From positions 1,472,001 through 1,536,000 of the forward strand of contig OZ252244.1 of assembly GCA_965249575.1 (NCBI GenBank): a DNA stretch of 64,000 bases, written 5' to 3'. The notes below the pieces were generated by a model. It worked only from the letters and a program-made list of their open reading frames with translations. It did not search any database and was not told the origin of the DNA. Positions 31,933-40,904 of this stretch are shown piece by piece; the first letter of the stretch is position 1, and each line of letters starts with the position of its first letter. The translations under genes were made by a program, and so were the position numbers. This DNA is from Gemmatimonadales bacterium. GTDB lineage: Bacteria > Gemmatimonadota > Gemmatimonadetes > Gemmatimonadales > GWC2-71-9.

Positions 31933-33489
31933 TCACTTCAAGGTCTTCAGGTACGCAATGAGCTTCGCCCGCACGTCAGCATCGCCTATCCCCTCGAACT
32001 TCATCGCCGTCCCGGGAGCGAATGCCTCGGGATTCTCGAAAAACGCGTCGAGGGTGGCTTCGGTCCACACACCCCCAACGGCGCTCAGTGCCGGTGAATA
32101 CTCGTAGGTCGGGCTCGCGGCGATCTCTTTTCCGATGATCCCGAACAGGTCGGGTCCGAGGCGATGATTCGTGCCGTCGCCCGCCACGTGACAGGCGATG
32201 CAGCTGCCGTAGGCGGCGAGGGCCACATCGGTCGAGGGATCCGGACGGAGCGAGACGATCGTCCCCTCTTCCGTCCACAGGACGATCCGGCCGTCGGCTC
32301 CTTCCTCAACGTCGCGAATGCGCTTCCCGATTTCTATCTGCTCAACGTAGGCAACTCGGCCGTCTCGAATGCGCATCCGGAAGACGCTTTCGGTGAGCAG
32401 TGTCGATATCAGAAGATCCCCGCGCCAGTCCTCGAACTGCTCTCCACGGACACGCAGGAGGCCCGAGACGCCAATCGACGGCACCCAGGAAAAGAACGGC
32501 TTCTCGAACCCGTCGTGCTCGCCATGCTGCACCGCCACGGGCCATCGCGTGCTGCGGTACTCGGTCCCGTACGTCGCGAGCGGCCACCCGTAGTTGGCCC
32601 CCTGCCGGAGCACGTTCAACTCGTCTCCTCCCTTGGGGCCGTGCTCCGTGAGCCAGATCGTGCCGTCCGGATCGACGAGGAGACCCTGCTGGTTCCGATG
32701 CCCCGAAGTGAAGAGGTCCGCCGTCTGATTGCCGATCGAAACCAGCAACGTCTTGCCGTAGTCGACCCCCATGTCCTGGGGATACAGCTTCTCGTCGAAG
32801 ACGCCGTCGAACTGATGGTCCCCGACCGTCACCAGCAGGCGGCCGTCGTCGAGCAGCGCCATCCTTCCACCGCTCTGAATTCCGGCAAAGGGGTGCCCAC
32901 GAACCTTGAGACTCACGCAGGGCTGCGTGTCGTATACAGTAGACCACGGCGCCTCCGTCCCAGGCGTGAGCGGCAACTGAGCCTCCATGACCGAGACGCG
33001 GAGCACGAAGCACTCCTCGTCGCTCTTCCAGACGTGATGCGTCGCGAATACACGTACCCTGCCTCCAGCGACCCGAGCATAAACGTCGGCGACCCGGAAC
33101 CACTGGTTCCGTATCCCGACTTCCGACCGAAAGACACCCGAGTTGATCGGCACTCGCTGCCGGAGCGTGTCGACTGTCAGGGAGTCGGCGTCGTTCCATG
33201 TGAAGAGATAAAGCTCGCCATCCCCGGTCCCGAGGAGATAGCCGTCTCCCACCGACGTGAGGCCACCGCCGGTGGCGAGGGAGTTGGTCACGTAGTGCTC
33301 GTACTCGATGCGCTGCACAGAGTGGTACGTAGTGGAAAGGAGCGATCGCTGGACCGCTGGTGCTGAGTCGGAGATGACGGGAACCTGTGCGGCGACCGGA
33401 TTCGTCCACGGCGCCGCCACAAGACCCGGCAGGGCCAACCGGGCAACGAGAAACATCCTGGTGTGAATCCGCATCGAATCGTGCTCCAC
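31933..33489 (-). CDS. PQQ-dependent sugar dehydrogenase (GSDH) fused to C-terminal cytochrome c
   Basis: QSGGRM, GHRNQQGL, EHGPKGGDELN, NYGWP; CIACH...GPDLFG...PGTAMKF. Confidence 0.85.
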   Translation of the reverse strand: MEHDSMRIHTRMFLVARLALPGLVAAPWTNPVAAQVPVISDSAPAVQRSLLSTTYHSVQRIEYEHYVTNSLATGGGLTSVGDGYLLGTGDGELYLFTWNDADSLTVDTLRQRVPINSGVFRSEVGIRNQWFRVADVYARVAGGRVRVFATHHVWKSDEECFVLRVSVMEAQLPLTPGTEAPWSTVYDTQPCVSLKVRGHPFAGIQSGGRMALLDDGRLLVTVGDHQFDGVFDEKLYPQDMGVDYGKTLLVSIGNQTADLFTSGHRNQQGLLVDPDGTIWLTEHGPKGGDELNVLRQGANYGWPLATYGTEYRSTRWPVAVQHGEHDGFEKPFFSWVPSIGVSGLLRVRGEQFEDWRGDLLISTLLTESVFRMRIRDGRVAYVEQIEIGKRIRDVEEGADGRIVLWTEEGTIVSLRPDPSTDVALAAYGSCIACHVAGDGTNHRLGPDLFGIIGKEIAASPTYEYSPALSAVGGVWTEATLDAFFENPEAFAPGTAMKFEGIGDADVRAKLIAYLKTLK

Positions 33490-33578
33490 TTTAGTTAGGG
33501 AGTTCGCATTCGCAATGGGGCGCGCTCGAAGCTACGACCGGGACGGCGGCGCAGTAAAGGGAACTGACTCCGCCTTCA

Positions 33579-34820
33579 CTATTCAACGGACCTGGCGCCC
33601 ACCACGCACAGCGCCGCCGCGCCTGCGGCGCTCGCAATCAACGCTACGCTGCCGCCGAGCTGTGAGTACAGCAACCCGAACAGCAGGCCTCCCGGCAGTG
33701 CGGACATCCCTGCGCCCGCATGATAGGCACCGAACGCGCGGCCCCGCCTGAAGGTGCCACCGCGCGCCGCGACGAACGCGCGTTCGGCGGCTTCAGTCGC
33801 CGCCGCTACCAAGCCGAACATCAAGAACCACGCGACCGCAGCTCCGGAGGAGGCCGCTGCCGCCAAGCCGCCGCAAGCCACGGCGTAGATCGCCCAGCCA
33901 CCGATCATGGCGCGCGCGGCGCCGGCCCGATCGCTCAGCAACCCACCTGGATAGCTCGCCACCGAGCGCACGACGTGCAATGCGCCCCAGACGAGCGGCA
34001 CCAACGAAACTGCAAGGCCAAGGTCCTGGAGGCGGAGGAGAAGCAAGGTCTCGGGAAACCGAAGGAATGCGAAGACAACGATGAACGCGATAAGCGAGGG
34101 TGTTGCCGCATTGGGTGCCTCGGCGGGTCGGTCGCTGGGCCGAGCCCCGGACGCATCGGCCGACGCCTCGCGGGCCTCCGCTCGAAGCGCCCATGCGACC
34201 AGGAGCACGGCGAGCACGCCCGGCAGGAGCGTCCACCGGATCACCCGGTCGGGAGCCATGGACCCCAGCGACAGCATCGCCCATGCGATGACCGGGCCAG
34301 CGACCGCGCCTGCGTGATCCATTCCCCGCTGAATCCCAAAGGCGCGCCCGCGAACCGTCGGAGGCGTCGCATCCGCGATGACCGCGTCCCGGGCCGGAGT
34401 CCGAACACCCTTGCCAAAACGATCCGCGGCGCGGAGCCCGATCACGTGCCACGCGGCACCCGCCATGCCGATCGCCGGGCGAGCGACGGAGGCCACGGCG
34501 TACCCCGTGATCACCAGCGGGCGGCGCCAGGCCCGGCGGTCGGCAATCCACCCGGATGCGAGCTTCGATCCCGCGGACACCGTCTCCGCGATCCCGTCGA
34601 ACAGGCCGAGTGTGACGGCACCGCCGCCCAGTACCCGGGTGACGAGCGCCGGGACGAGCGGATACACCATCTCGCTCGCCAGGTCGTTCAAGAACGACAC
34701 GGCGCCCAGCGAGAAGACGACCTTCGGAATGCGCTCTTGTGAAGTGGAAATCGAAACTCTTACGGAACGCCCGGACCCCGTCGCTGGCTCGGGATTGCGC
34801 CCGTCACTCGTCCAGGCCAA
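33579..34820 (-). CDS. MFS transporter; start uncertain
   Basis: SFLNDLASEM, DRFGKGVRTPARDA, RGRAFG. Confidence 0.85.
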   Translation of the reverse strand: MAWTSDGRNPEPATGSGRSVRVSISTSQERIPKVVFSLGAVSFLNDLASEMVYPLVPALVTRVLGGGAVTLGLFDGIAETVSAGSKLASGWIADRRAWRRPLVITGYAVASVARPAIGMAGAAWHVIGLRAADRFGKGVRTPARDAVIADATPPTVRGRAFGIQRGMDHAGAVAGPVIAWAMLSLGSMAPDRVIRWTLLPGVLAVLLVAWALRAEAREASADASGARPSDRPAEAPNAATPSLIAFIVVFAFLRFPETLLLLRLQDLGLAVSLVPLVWGALHVVRSVASYPGGLLSDRAGAARAMIGGWAIYAVACGGLAAAASSGAAVAWFLMFGLVAAATEAAERAFVAARGGTFRRGRAFGAYHAGAGMSALPGGLLFGLLYSQLGGSVALIASAAGAAALCVVGARSVE

Positions 34821-36426
34821 GCCCCCACCGCATCAGACTCACCGGCAACCCGCCGTAGGGAAGCACGGCCTCGTGAAAGCTCCGTAGGGAGTAATCCGCT
34901 CCTCGCGATTCCCGGAACGCGTCGCGGAGCGCTCGAATCTCGCGCCGCCCCACCGCGTAACTCAACTGGTAGGCGGGATAGGCGCAGTACCTGCGTACCT
35001 CCGACTCGGCATTGTGGCGCTCGAAGTGAGTCTGCTCCATGAGGTAGGACACCGCCTCGTCGAACGCCAGGTCGCGCGTGTGAAGCCCGACGTCGAGCAC
35101 GATTCGCACCGCCCGCCACAACAAGTTCACCTTCTGAAAGAACTGCTCCTCCGGGGAGTAGAAGCCCTCCTCACCCATCATCTCCTCACAGTAAAGGGCC
35201 CAGCCCTCGATCGTGAGCGGGGTGCCCAGGATCTTGCGGGCCAAGCGCGGCTGCGACTGTGCGACGAGGAACTGCAGGTGATGGCCTGGATACCCTTCGT
35301 GCAACGCGGTGCAGGCGAGTTCGTGCACGCAGTGGTCGCGCAGCATCTTTTCGGCCACCGCTGCCTCGACGCTCTCGTCAGGAGGCGTGACGTAGAACCG
35401 ACCGGACCGGTCCGCGGAGAACACGCCAGGGGGCTGATAGGCCGCAAACGGCGTGAGCGGCTTCAAGAACGACGGTGTCTCCAAGACCTCCAGCGGGCCA
35501 GCGGGCACCGGCACTAGCTCGCGATCGACCACGAACTTGTAGGCCCGCTCCATCTCGCAGGCGTAGGCCGGGACCAGCTCCGATCTAGTCGGGTGCTGGC
35601 CCCTCAGCCGGTCCACGATGTCCGGCCACCGTGCGCCCGTGTCCAAGTCGCGGGCCATCCGCTCGAGCTCGTGATTCGTTTCCTCCACTAACCGCACACC
35701 GTATCGCCAAAGCTCCGGCGCCGTGTGCCGGAGTGCGTGCTGGTAGTGCAGGCGAAAGTTGAACGCATCCTCCCCAATGGCAAAGCTGCCATTACCTGAT
35801 TTCAGCAAGTCGTCCGAGAGGTATCTCGCAAAGGATCCGAGGCTCGCCTCGGCCCGTTCCCGGACCGCGCCGAACTGCTCGTCGCCTGTGGGTCTCAAGT
35901 TCGCGGCAACATCGGCGATGAGCCGTGCGCCGCCCTCCACCATTTGGAGCGCAGTTTCGACGAACACCTTGGGGCATTCACCGAGGGTGTCTTCGGCGGT
36001 CTCCAGGAATGCTGGGATTTCCCTGAGCCGTCCGGCCGCGGCCCTCGCGCGATGATCACTCGATCGATCCCTAGCGGCCAGCAGGGTGTAGAGTCCGTCC
36101 AGAAGATGCGCAAGGTGGAAAGACGGGTCGGTGCCGTGTGGGCGTTCCTTCGTGAGGCGTTGGACCGCAACGCGAAGCTCGTTCAACAGCGCGGTCCGGT
36201 CGATCTCGTCGTCGAGGGTCAAGACCGAGACGTCTTCGAGCGCGGCACCCATCGATTTCAGCGCCGCGACGTGCTGCCGGGTGTCCTCTTCCGAGTATCG
36301 CCCGAGCCGGTGGTCGTGCTCGGTGAGCCCCGCCAAGGTCGCTGCGACGGGATCGATGTTCCACTTGAGATCAAGATAGGAAGCGACAAGGCCCGCGAGA
36401 CTATCGGGGGTGGCCAACGCCAGCAC
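34804..36426 (-). CDS. DUF885-family protein
   Basis: HEGYPGHHLQ, EGWALYCE, RIVLDVGLH, EVRRY. Confidence 0.88.
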   Translation of the reverse strand: MLALATPDSLAGLVASYLDLKWNIDPVAATLAGLTEHDHRLGRYSEEDTRQHVAALKSMGAALEDVSVLTLDDEIDRTALLNELRVAVQRLTKERPHGTDPSFHLAHLLDGLYTLLAARDRSSDHRARAAAGRLREIPAFLETAEDTLGECPKVFVETALQMVEGGARLIADVAANLRPTGDEQFGAVRERAEASLGSFARYLSDDLLKSGNGSFAIGEDAFNFRLHYQHALRHTAPELWRYGVRLVEETNHELERMARDLDTGARWPDIVDRLRGQHPTRSELVPAYACEMERAYKFVVDRELVPVPAGPLEVLETPSFLKPLTPFAAYQPPGVFSADRSGRFYVTPPDESVEAAVAEKMLRDHCVHELACTALHEGYPGHHLQFLVAQSQPRLARKILGTPLTIEGWALYCEEMMGEEGFYSPEEQFFQKVNLLWRAVRIVLDVGLHTRDLAFDEAVSYLMEQTHFERHNAESEVRRYCAYPAYQLSYAVGRREIRALRDAFRESRGADYSLRSFHEAVLPYGGLPVSLMRWGLGLDE

Positions 36427-37669
36427 TCGTCTCGTGTTGCGTACCGTTGGCGATGCGATGACACTCCTCGTCGGCCAGCACGCGATCAGCCACCTTCGCG
36501 GCGTTGAACAGTCGCTCGCATAGCGCTTTGTCTGAAGGATCGTATCCGTGCTCCTCGAGCCAGCACTGCACGTTGGAGAGTCCCGAGACCGGGGAAATCT
36601 CGATCCGTTGTTTCAGTCCAAACGAGCCGGCGGGCACGCTGGAATACACGCGGTCCGCGAGCCATGCGTCGCCCTTGCGCCTTGCCTTGATGATCGCAGC
36701 GGCATGTACGCCGGTCCCGGTTCGGAACGCATCGTTGCCCATGACCGGATAGTTGGGCGGCAGGGGCACACCGATCACTTCAGCGGCAAGCTCGCAGTAC
36801 TCGCGGAGCTTAGACACGTCGTGGCGATGGGCACCGAGCAGGTGCAGGTTGACGATCAGCAGATCCATTTCCGCGTTCCCCACCCGCTCGCCGACTCCCA
36901 GAGCCGTTCCGTGCACGCGGTCCGCGCCGGCCTCGATGGCGGCGAGGCAATTGACGAGCCCGAGCCCGCGATCGCGATGTCCGTGCCAATCGACCTTGAC
37001 CGATTCTCCGGAGGGCGCGACGATCTCCTCCTTCACGAAACGGACGAGAGCGCGGGCGCCTTCTGGCGTCGCATGACCGACCGTGTCGGAAAGACAGATG
37101 CGACGCGCGCCGCACCTGATGGCCGCGCCGTACAGCGCTGTGATCGTCTCGGGAAGCGCGCGTGTGGTGTCCTCGGTCACGTACATGACCGGCAAGCCCT
37201 CTTCCACCGCGTACGTCACCGCTTCCTCGGTGTTCTGGAGCATCCGATCCAGGGTCCAGTCTTCGGCGAACTGGCGAATCGGTGAGCTTCCAATGAACGT
37301 CGCCACCTCGATCGGGAGTCCGACCTCCTGGGAGATCTTCGCGATCGGCTCGATGTCTACCACGAGGGTACGGGCCGCGCAATTCGGCGCGATGGGCAGC
37401 TTGGCCTCGACGATTTCTCTCGCGAGCGCGCGGACGCTGTCCACGACGCGCGGGCCGGCGCCGGGGAGGCCGATGTCCGCCGCCGTGATGCCGAGGTCGG
37501 TCATGAAATGGAGCAAACGGATCTTTGCGTCCATCGGGGGGTCGATCGCAGACGGGGACTGAAGCCCGTCGCGAAGAGTCTCGTCGTCGAGCTCGACGGT
37601 CACGGTCGACCAATCGAACCCGTCGCGGCGATTCCAATCGTACACCAGAGAGGATTCGTCCATGATCAA
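36401..37669 (-). CDS. 2-isopropylmalate synthase-like (DRE-TIM) enzyme lacking the C-terminal regulatory domain
   Basis: DETLRDGLQ, EDTTRA, DTVGH, HGHRDRGL, GERVGN. Confidence 0.82.
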   Translation of the reverse strand: MIMDESSLVYDWNRRDGFDWSTVTVELDDETLRDGLQSPSAIDPPMDAKIRLLHFMTDLGITAADIGLPGAGPRVVDSVRALAREIVEAKLPIAPNCAARTLVVDIEPIAKISQEVGLPIEVATFIGSSPIRQFAEDWTLDRMLQNTEEAVTYAVEEGLPVMYVTEDTTRALPETITALYGAAIRCGARRICLSDTVGHATPEGARALVRFVKEEIVAPSGESVKVDWHGHRDRGLGLVNCLAAIEAGADRVHGTALGVGERVGNAEMDLLIVNLHLLGAHRHDVSKLREYCELAAEVIGVPLPPNYPVMGNDAFRTGTGVHAAAIIKARRKGDAWLADRVYSSVPAGSFGLKQRIEISPVSGLSNVQCWLEEHGYDPSDKALCERLFNAAKVADRVLADEECHRIANGTQHETSAGVGHPR

Positions 37670-37745
37670 AGTCTGGCCAGCGGTGGTGGGTCAGTCAAGG
37701 ACGGTTGCGGAAGCGCTCAAGCCCAGGGTAACATGCGCGCGAGCC

Positions 37746-38940
37746 ATGAACAACGCCGTCGCAACGCTCGCCGAGCACCCTGCCGTATCTGCGGTTCGCG
37801 CCCGGCTGGCCGCAACCGACCCAGACACGCTCGCACTTCAGGCCCGCCTGAGCACGATACCGTCTCCAACGGGTGCCGAACGCCAGCGTGGCCTATTCGT
37901 GTGTGACGTCATGAAGAGCATCGGGCTGGACGAAGTGACCATCGACGACGTGGGCAACCGTCAGCGGTTGGCTGGGGAGGAACGGAGCGGCGGCCACGGC
38001 CGTCTTGGCGCACCTCGACACGGTGTTCGGCACTGAGACCGACGTCACCGTACGGCGTGACGGATCCCGCCTCTCGGGCGCCGGCATCTGTGACAACGCC
38101 CGCGGGCTCGCGGGGATGCTCGCCCTCGCACGGGCGATGGCGGAGACCGAATGGAGACCTGCGCGGCCGATCCTCTTCGTGGGGACCGTTGGCGAAGAGG
38201 GAGCGGGCGACCTGAGGGGGGCCAAGCACCTCTTCAGTACGCGGCGGATCTCCGCCATGGCCGCGGTGGCCCTCGACGGCGCCGGCGACAGCCGCGTCGT
38301 ACACCGGGCACTCGGGTCGCGACGCTCCCGGTTCACCTTTCGGGGCCCCGGTGGGCATTCGTGGGCCGCGTACGGCATCGTAAACCCGGCACACGCCGCG
38401 GCGCGATTCGCGTCCGCCATCGCGGACCTCGCCGTGCCGGACCCGCAGCGGACCGCGTGCTCGGTTGTGCGAATCGGCGGCGGGCAGAGCCTCCATACGA
38501 TCCCGCAAGACACGCTGGTGGACATCGACCTGCGAAGCGAAGAATCATCGGCGATCGACACGCTGGGCAGCGTCATTACGTCGCGGGCGCGATCCGCCGT
38601 CGATGCGGAGAACGCCCGACGAACCCGGGGGTCCACCCCTCTCGACCTTTCCATCGACGTCATCGGTGACCGGCCAACCGGCGTCACCCCGGCGACGGAT
38701 CCGCTGGTCGTCGCCGGAGTGGAGGCGACACGCCTCATCGGCCGGCGGCCGGCCCTCGTCGCGGCTTCGACCGATGCAAACGTTCCAATGGCGCTCGGGA
38801 TTCCGGCAATCGCGATCGGAGCCGGCGGCTACGGAGGAGAGGTGCATCTCGCAACGGAGTGGTATGAAAACGAGGAAGGTCCGCTGGGCCTCTTTCGCGC
38901 TGCCCTGGTGATCGCCGCAGCCGCAGGGTTCAGCGACTAG
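37746..38940 (+). pseudogene. M20/M25/M40 metallopeptidase; +1 frameshift near 37959 (possibly a sequence error)
   Basis: IDDVGN, extra C, then VSGWLG...AHLDTVF, DNARG, VGEEG, GPGGHSW, STDAN. Confidence 0.78.
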
Positions 38941-38964
38941 GCACACCTCGCCCGGATACGCCCG

Positions 38965-39951
38965 TCAGCGGGCCGGCGCCTGCTCGTCCTTGGCCACAAC
39001 CATGCGCTCGAGATCTTGCCCAGATATCCGGGTGTCCGCACCCACGAGGGTGTAGCGAAGGTTCGACCGTTCGATCCGAGCACCCGCACCCACGATCGTG
39101 TGCTCGAGCCCCGAGTCCTTCACGACCGCACCGGCATCCAGGGAAACGTTCGGCCCAATCGTGCACGCCTCCAGCTCGACCCCGCCCGCGACGTACACCG
39201 GCTCCACGATCTCGATTCCCTTTCGGGGTGCTGGTCTGCTGGATCGCCCCCCGTCCCGCAGCAGATGGAGATTGGTGTCGAGTAGCGTGTCCACCTTGCC
39301 GCAGTCGTACCATCCGCCGACCTCGGCGGTCAGAATCCGCTTACCCCGGTCGATCATGAACTGAAACGCATCGGTCAGGAAGTACTCGTTTAGCACCTTT
39401 GGCCGGCTCTTGGTCCAGGCAATCCCTTCGAAGAGCGTCTTCCAGTCCCGCATATAGTACAGACCGATGTTTGCAAGCCGGGATATCGGTTCCGACGGCT
39501 TCTCTACGATGCGCTCCATGTATCCGTCGGGATCCGTGACGATCACACCGAAGCGCTGGTAGTCCTCCACTTCCTTGGCCCAGATGATGCCGTCGGCATC
39601 AGTACGAGCGATCTGCGTGAGGTCGGCATCGAACAGGGTGTCGACGAAGATGATCAGCACCGGCCCGTCCACGAAGGGCTCGGCGAGGCCGACGGCCCCA
39701 GCCGTGCCGTCCTGGACCTGCTGCTCGATGAATCGCGCCGGCTGTCTGTAGTGCGACCGAACGTACTCCTCGACGTGGTCCTTGAGGTGCCCCGTGATGA
39801 TGATGAGCTCCTCGACGTCCAACGAATCCACCGTGTCCATTACGTAGTCCATGACCGGGCGCCCTGCCACTTTGATGAGCGGCTTGGGGACGTGCTTCGT
39901 GACGGGCAAGAGGCGCGTGCCCTTCCCTGCCAATGGGATGACGACTTTCAC
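38965..39951 (-). CDS. Sugar-phosphate nucleotidyltransferase with left-handed beta-helix tail
   Basis: PLAGKGTRLLPVTKHVPKPL, EKP, WYDCG. Confidence 0.88.
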   Translation of the reverse strand: MKVVIPLAGKGTRLLPVTKHVPKPLIKVAGRPVMDYVMDTVDSLDVEELIIITGHLKDHVEEYVRSHYRQPARFIEQQVQDGTAGAVGLAEPFVDGPVLIIFVDTLFDADLTQIARTDADGIIWAKEVEDYQRFGVIVTDPDGYMERIVEKPSEPISRLANIGLYYMRDWKTLFEGIAWTKSRPKVLNEYFLTDAFQFMIDRGKRILTAEVGGWYDCGKVDTLLDTNLHLLRDGGRSSRPAPRKGIEIVEPVYVAGGVELEACTIGPNVSLDAGAVVKDSGLEHTIVGAGARIERSNLRYTLVGADTRISGQDLERMVVAKDEQAPAR

Positions 39952-40299
39952 TTACACCCTTCCGTATCGGTCCTTGAGACGCACCACGTCGTCGACCTCC
40001 GGGGTCGACGCCTCGAGTAGGTCGGCCGCCGTCACCGCTTCCATCTGATGGATCGTATGCGGCGTGATGTGGTAGCTCTCTCCCTCGGTCATGGTGCGCT
40101 CGGAGAGATCATCTCCCTCTTGCACTCGGAAGATGATCTCTCCATTCAGCACGTGAATGGTTTCGTCCTTTTTCTCGTGGTACTGCAAGCTAAGGACGTG
40201 GCCGGGCTCAATGTGCAGGACCTTGCCCACATACTTGCTGGTTCGAGCCCACACCAACTCATGCCCCCAGGGTTTCTCGACGCGATACGGTACGTCCAT
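39952..40299 (-). CDS. Cupin-domain protein (mannose-6-phosphate isomerase C-terminal-like)
   Basis: VEKPWGHE, SLQYHEKKDET, DVVRLKDRYGR. Confidence 0.85.
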   Translation of the reverse strand: MDVPYRVEKPWGHELVWARTSKYVGKVLHIEPGHVLSLQYHEKKDETIHVLNGEIIFRVQEGDDLSERTMTEGESYHITPHTIHQMEAVTAADLLEASTPEVDDVVRLKDRYGRV

Positions 40300-40304
40300 G
40301 GGTC

Positions 40305-40904
40305 TCACCGCTCCAGCGGGTGAAGGGACAACGAAGACGGCGCCGTGACGCACGCGCGTACGCAAACCCCACATCCCACGCAGCCCTCGGCCTTGAGCAC
40401 CGGCCGGCCTTCATCATCGAGCGACAGGGCCGCCTCGCCAATCGGGCATTCCCGGGCGCAGACCCCGCACTCCGAGCCATGAAACGCGATGCACCGCTCG
40501 GGATCCAATTCGAGCGCGCCGAGCCGGAGCCCCACCCATCCGAGCTCGGGAACGCTCAGTGCTTCCGTCGGGCACGCCGCCGCGCATGGCATGTCGGGGC
40601 ACGCGATGCACGCCTCCGTAGCCGCGCGGATGACCGGGGTCCCGGCTGCCAGGCCCGCGTGACTCGATTCGGTAACGATGGCTCCAACGGGACACGCCGC
40701 ACCACATTCTCCGCAGCGGGTGCATGCTCCGAGGAACGCCATCTCGGGCAGAGCGCCGGGCGGGCGCACATACCGTCGGGCCACCACCCGGCGCTCCGCG
40801 AGCGCCACGGCCTGCTCGATGGCTCGGCCGACGGTCTCGCGCAGAAACGTCCGCCGATCGCCCGTCGAGCCCGTCAGAAAGTCGGTTCGAAGCTCGCGAG
40901 CCAT
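40305..40904 (-). CDS. MauM/NapG-like 4Fe-4S dicluster protein
   Basis: RPPGALPE, CTRCGECGAACP, CIAC...CP, CGVCARECP, CVGCGVCVRAC. Confidence 0.82.
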   Translation of the reverse strand: MARELRTDFLTGSTGDRRTFLRETVGRAIEQAVALAERRVVARRYVRPPGALPEMAFLGACTRCGECGAACPVGAIVTESSHAGLAAGTPVIRAATEACIACPDMPCAAACPTEALSVPELGWVGLRLGALELDPERCIAFHGSECGVCARECPIGEAALSLDDEGRPVLKAEGCVGCGVCVRACVTAPSSLSLHPLER

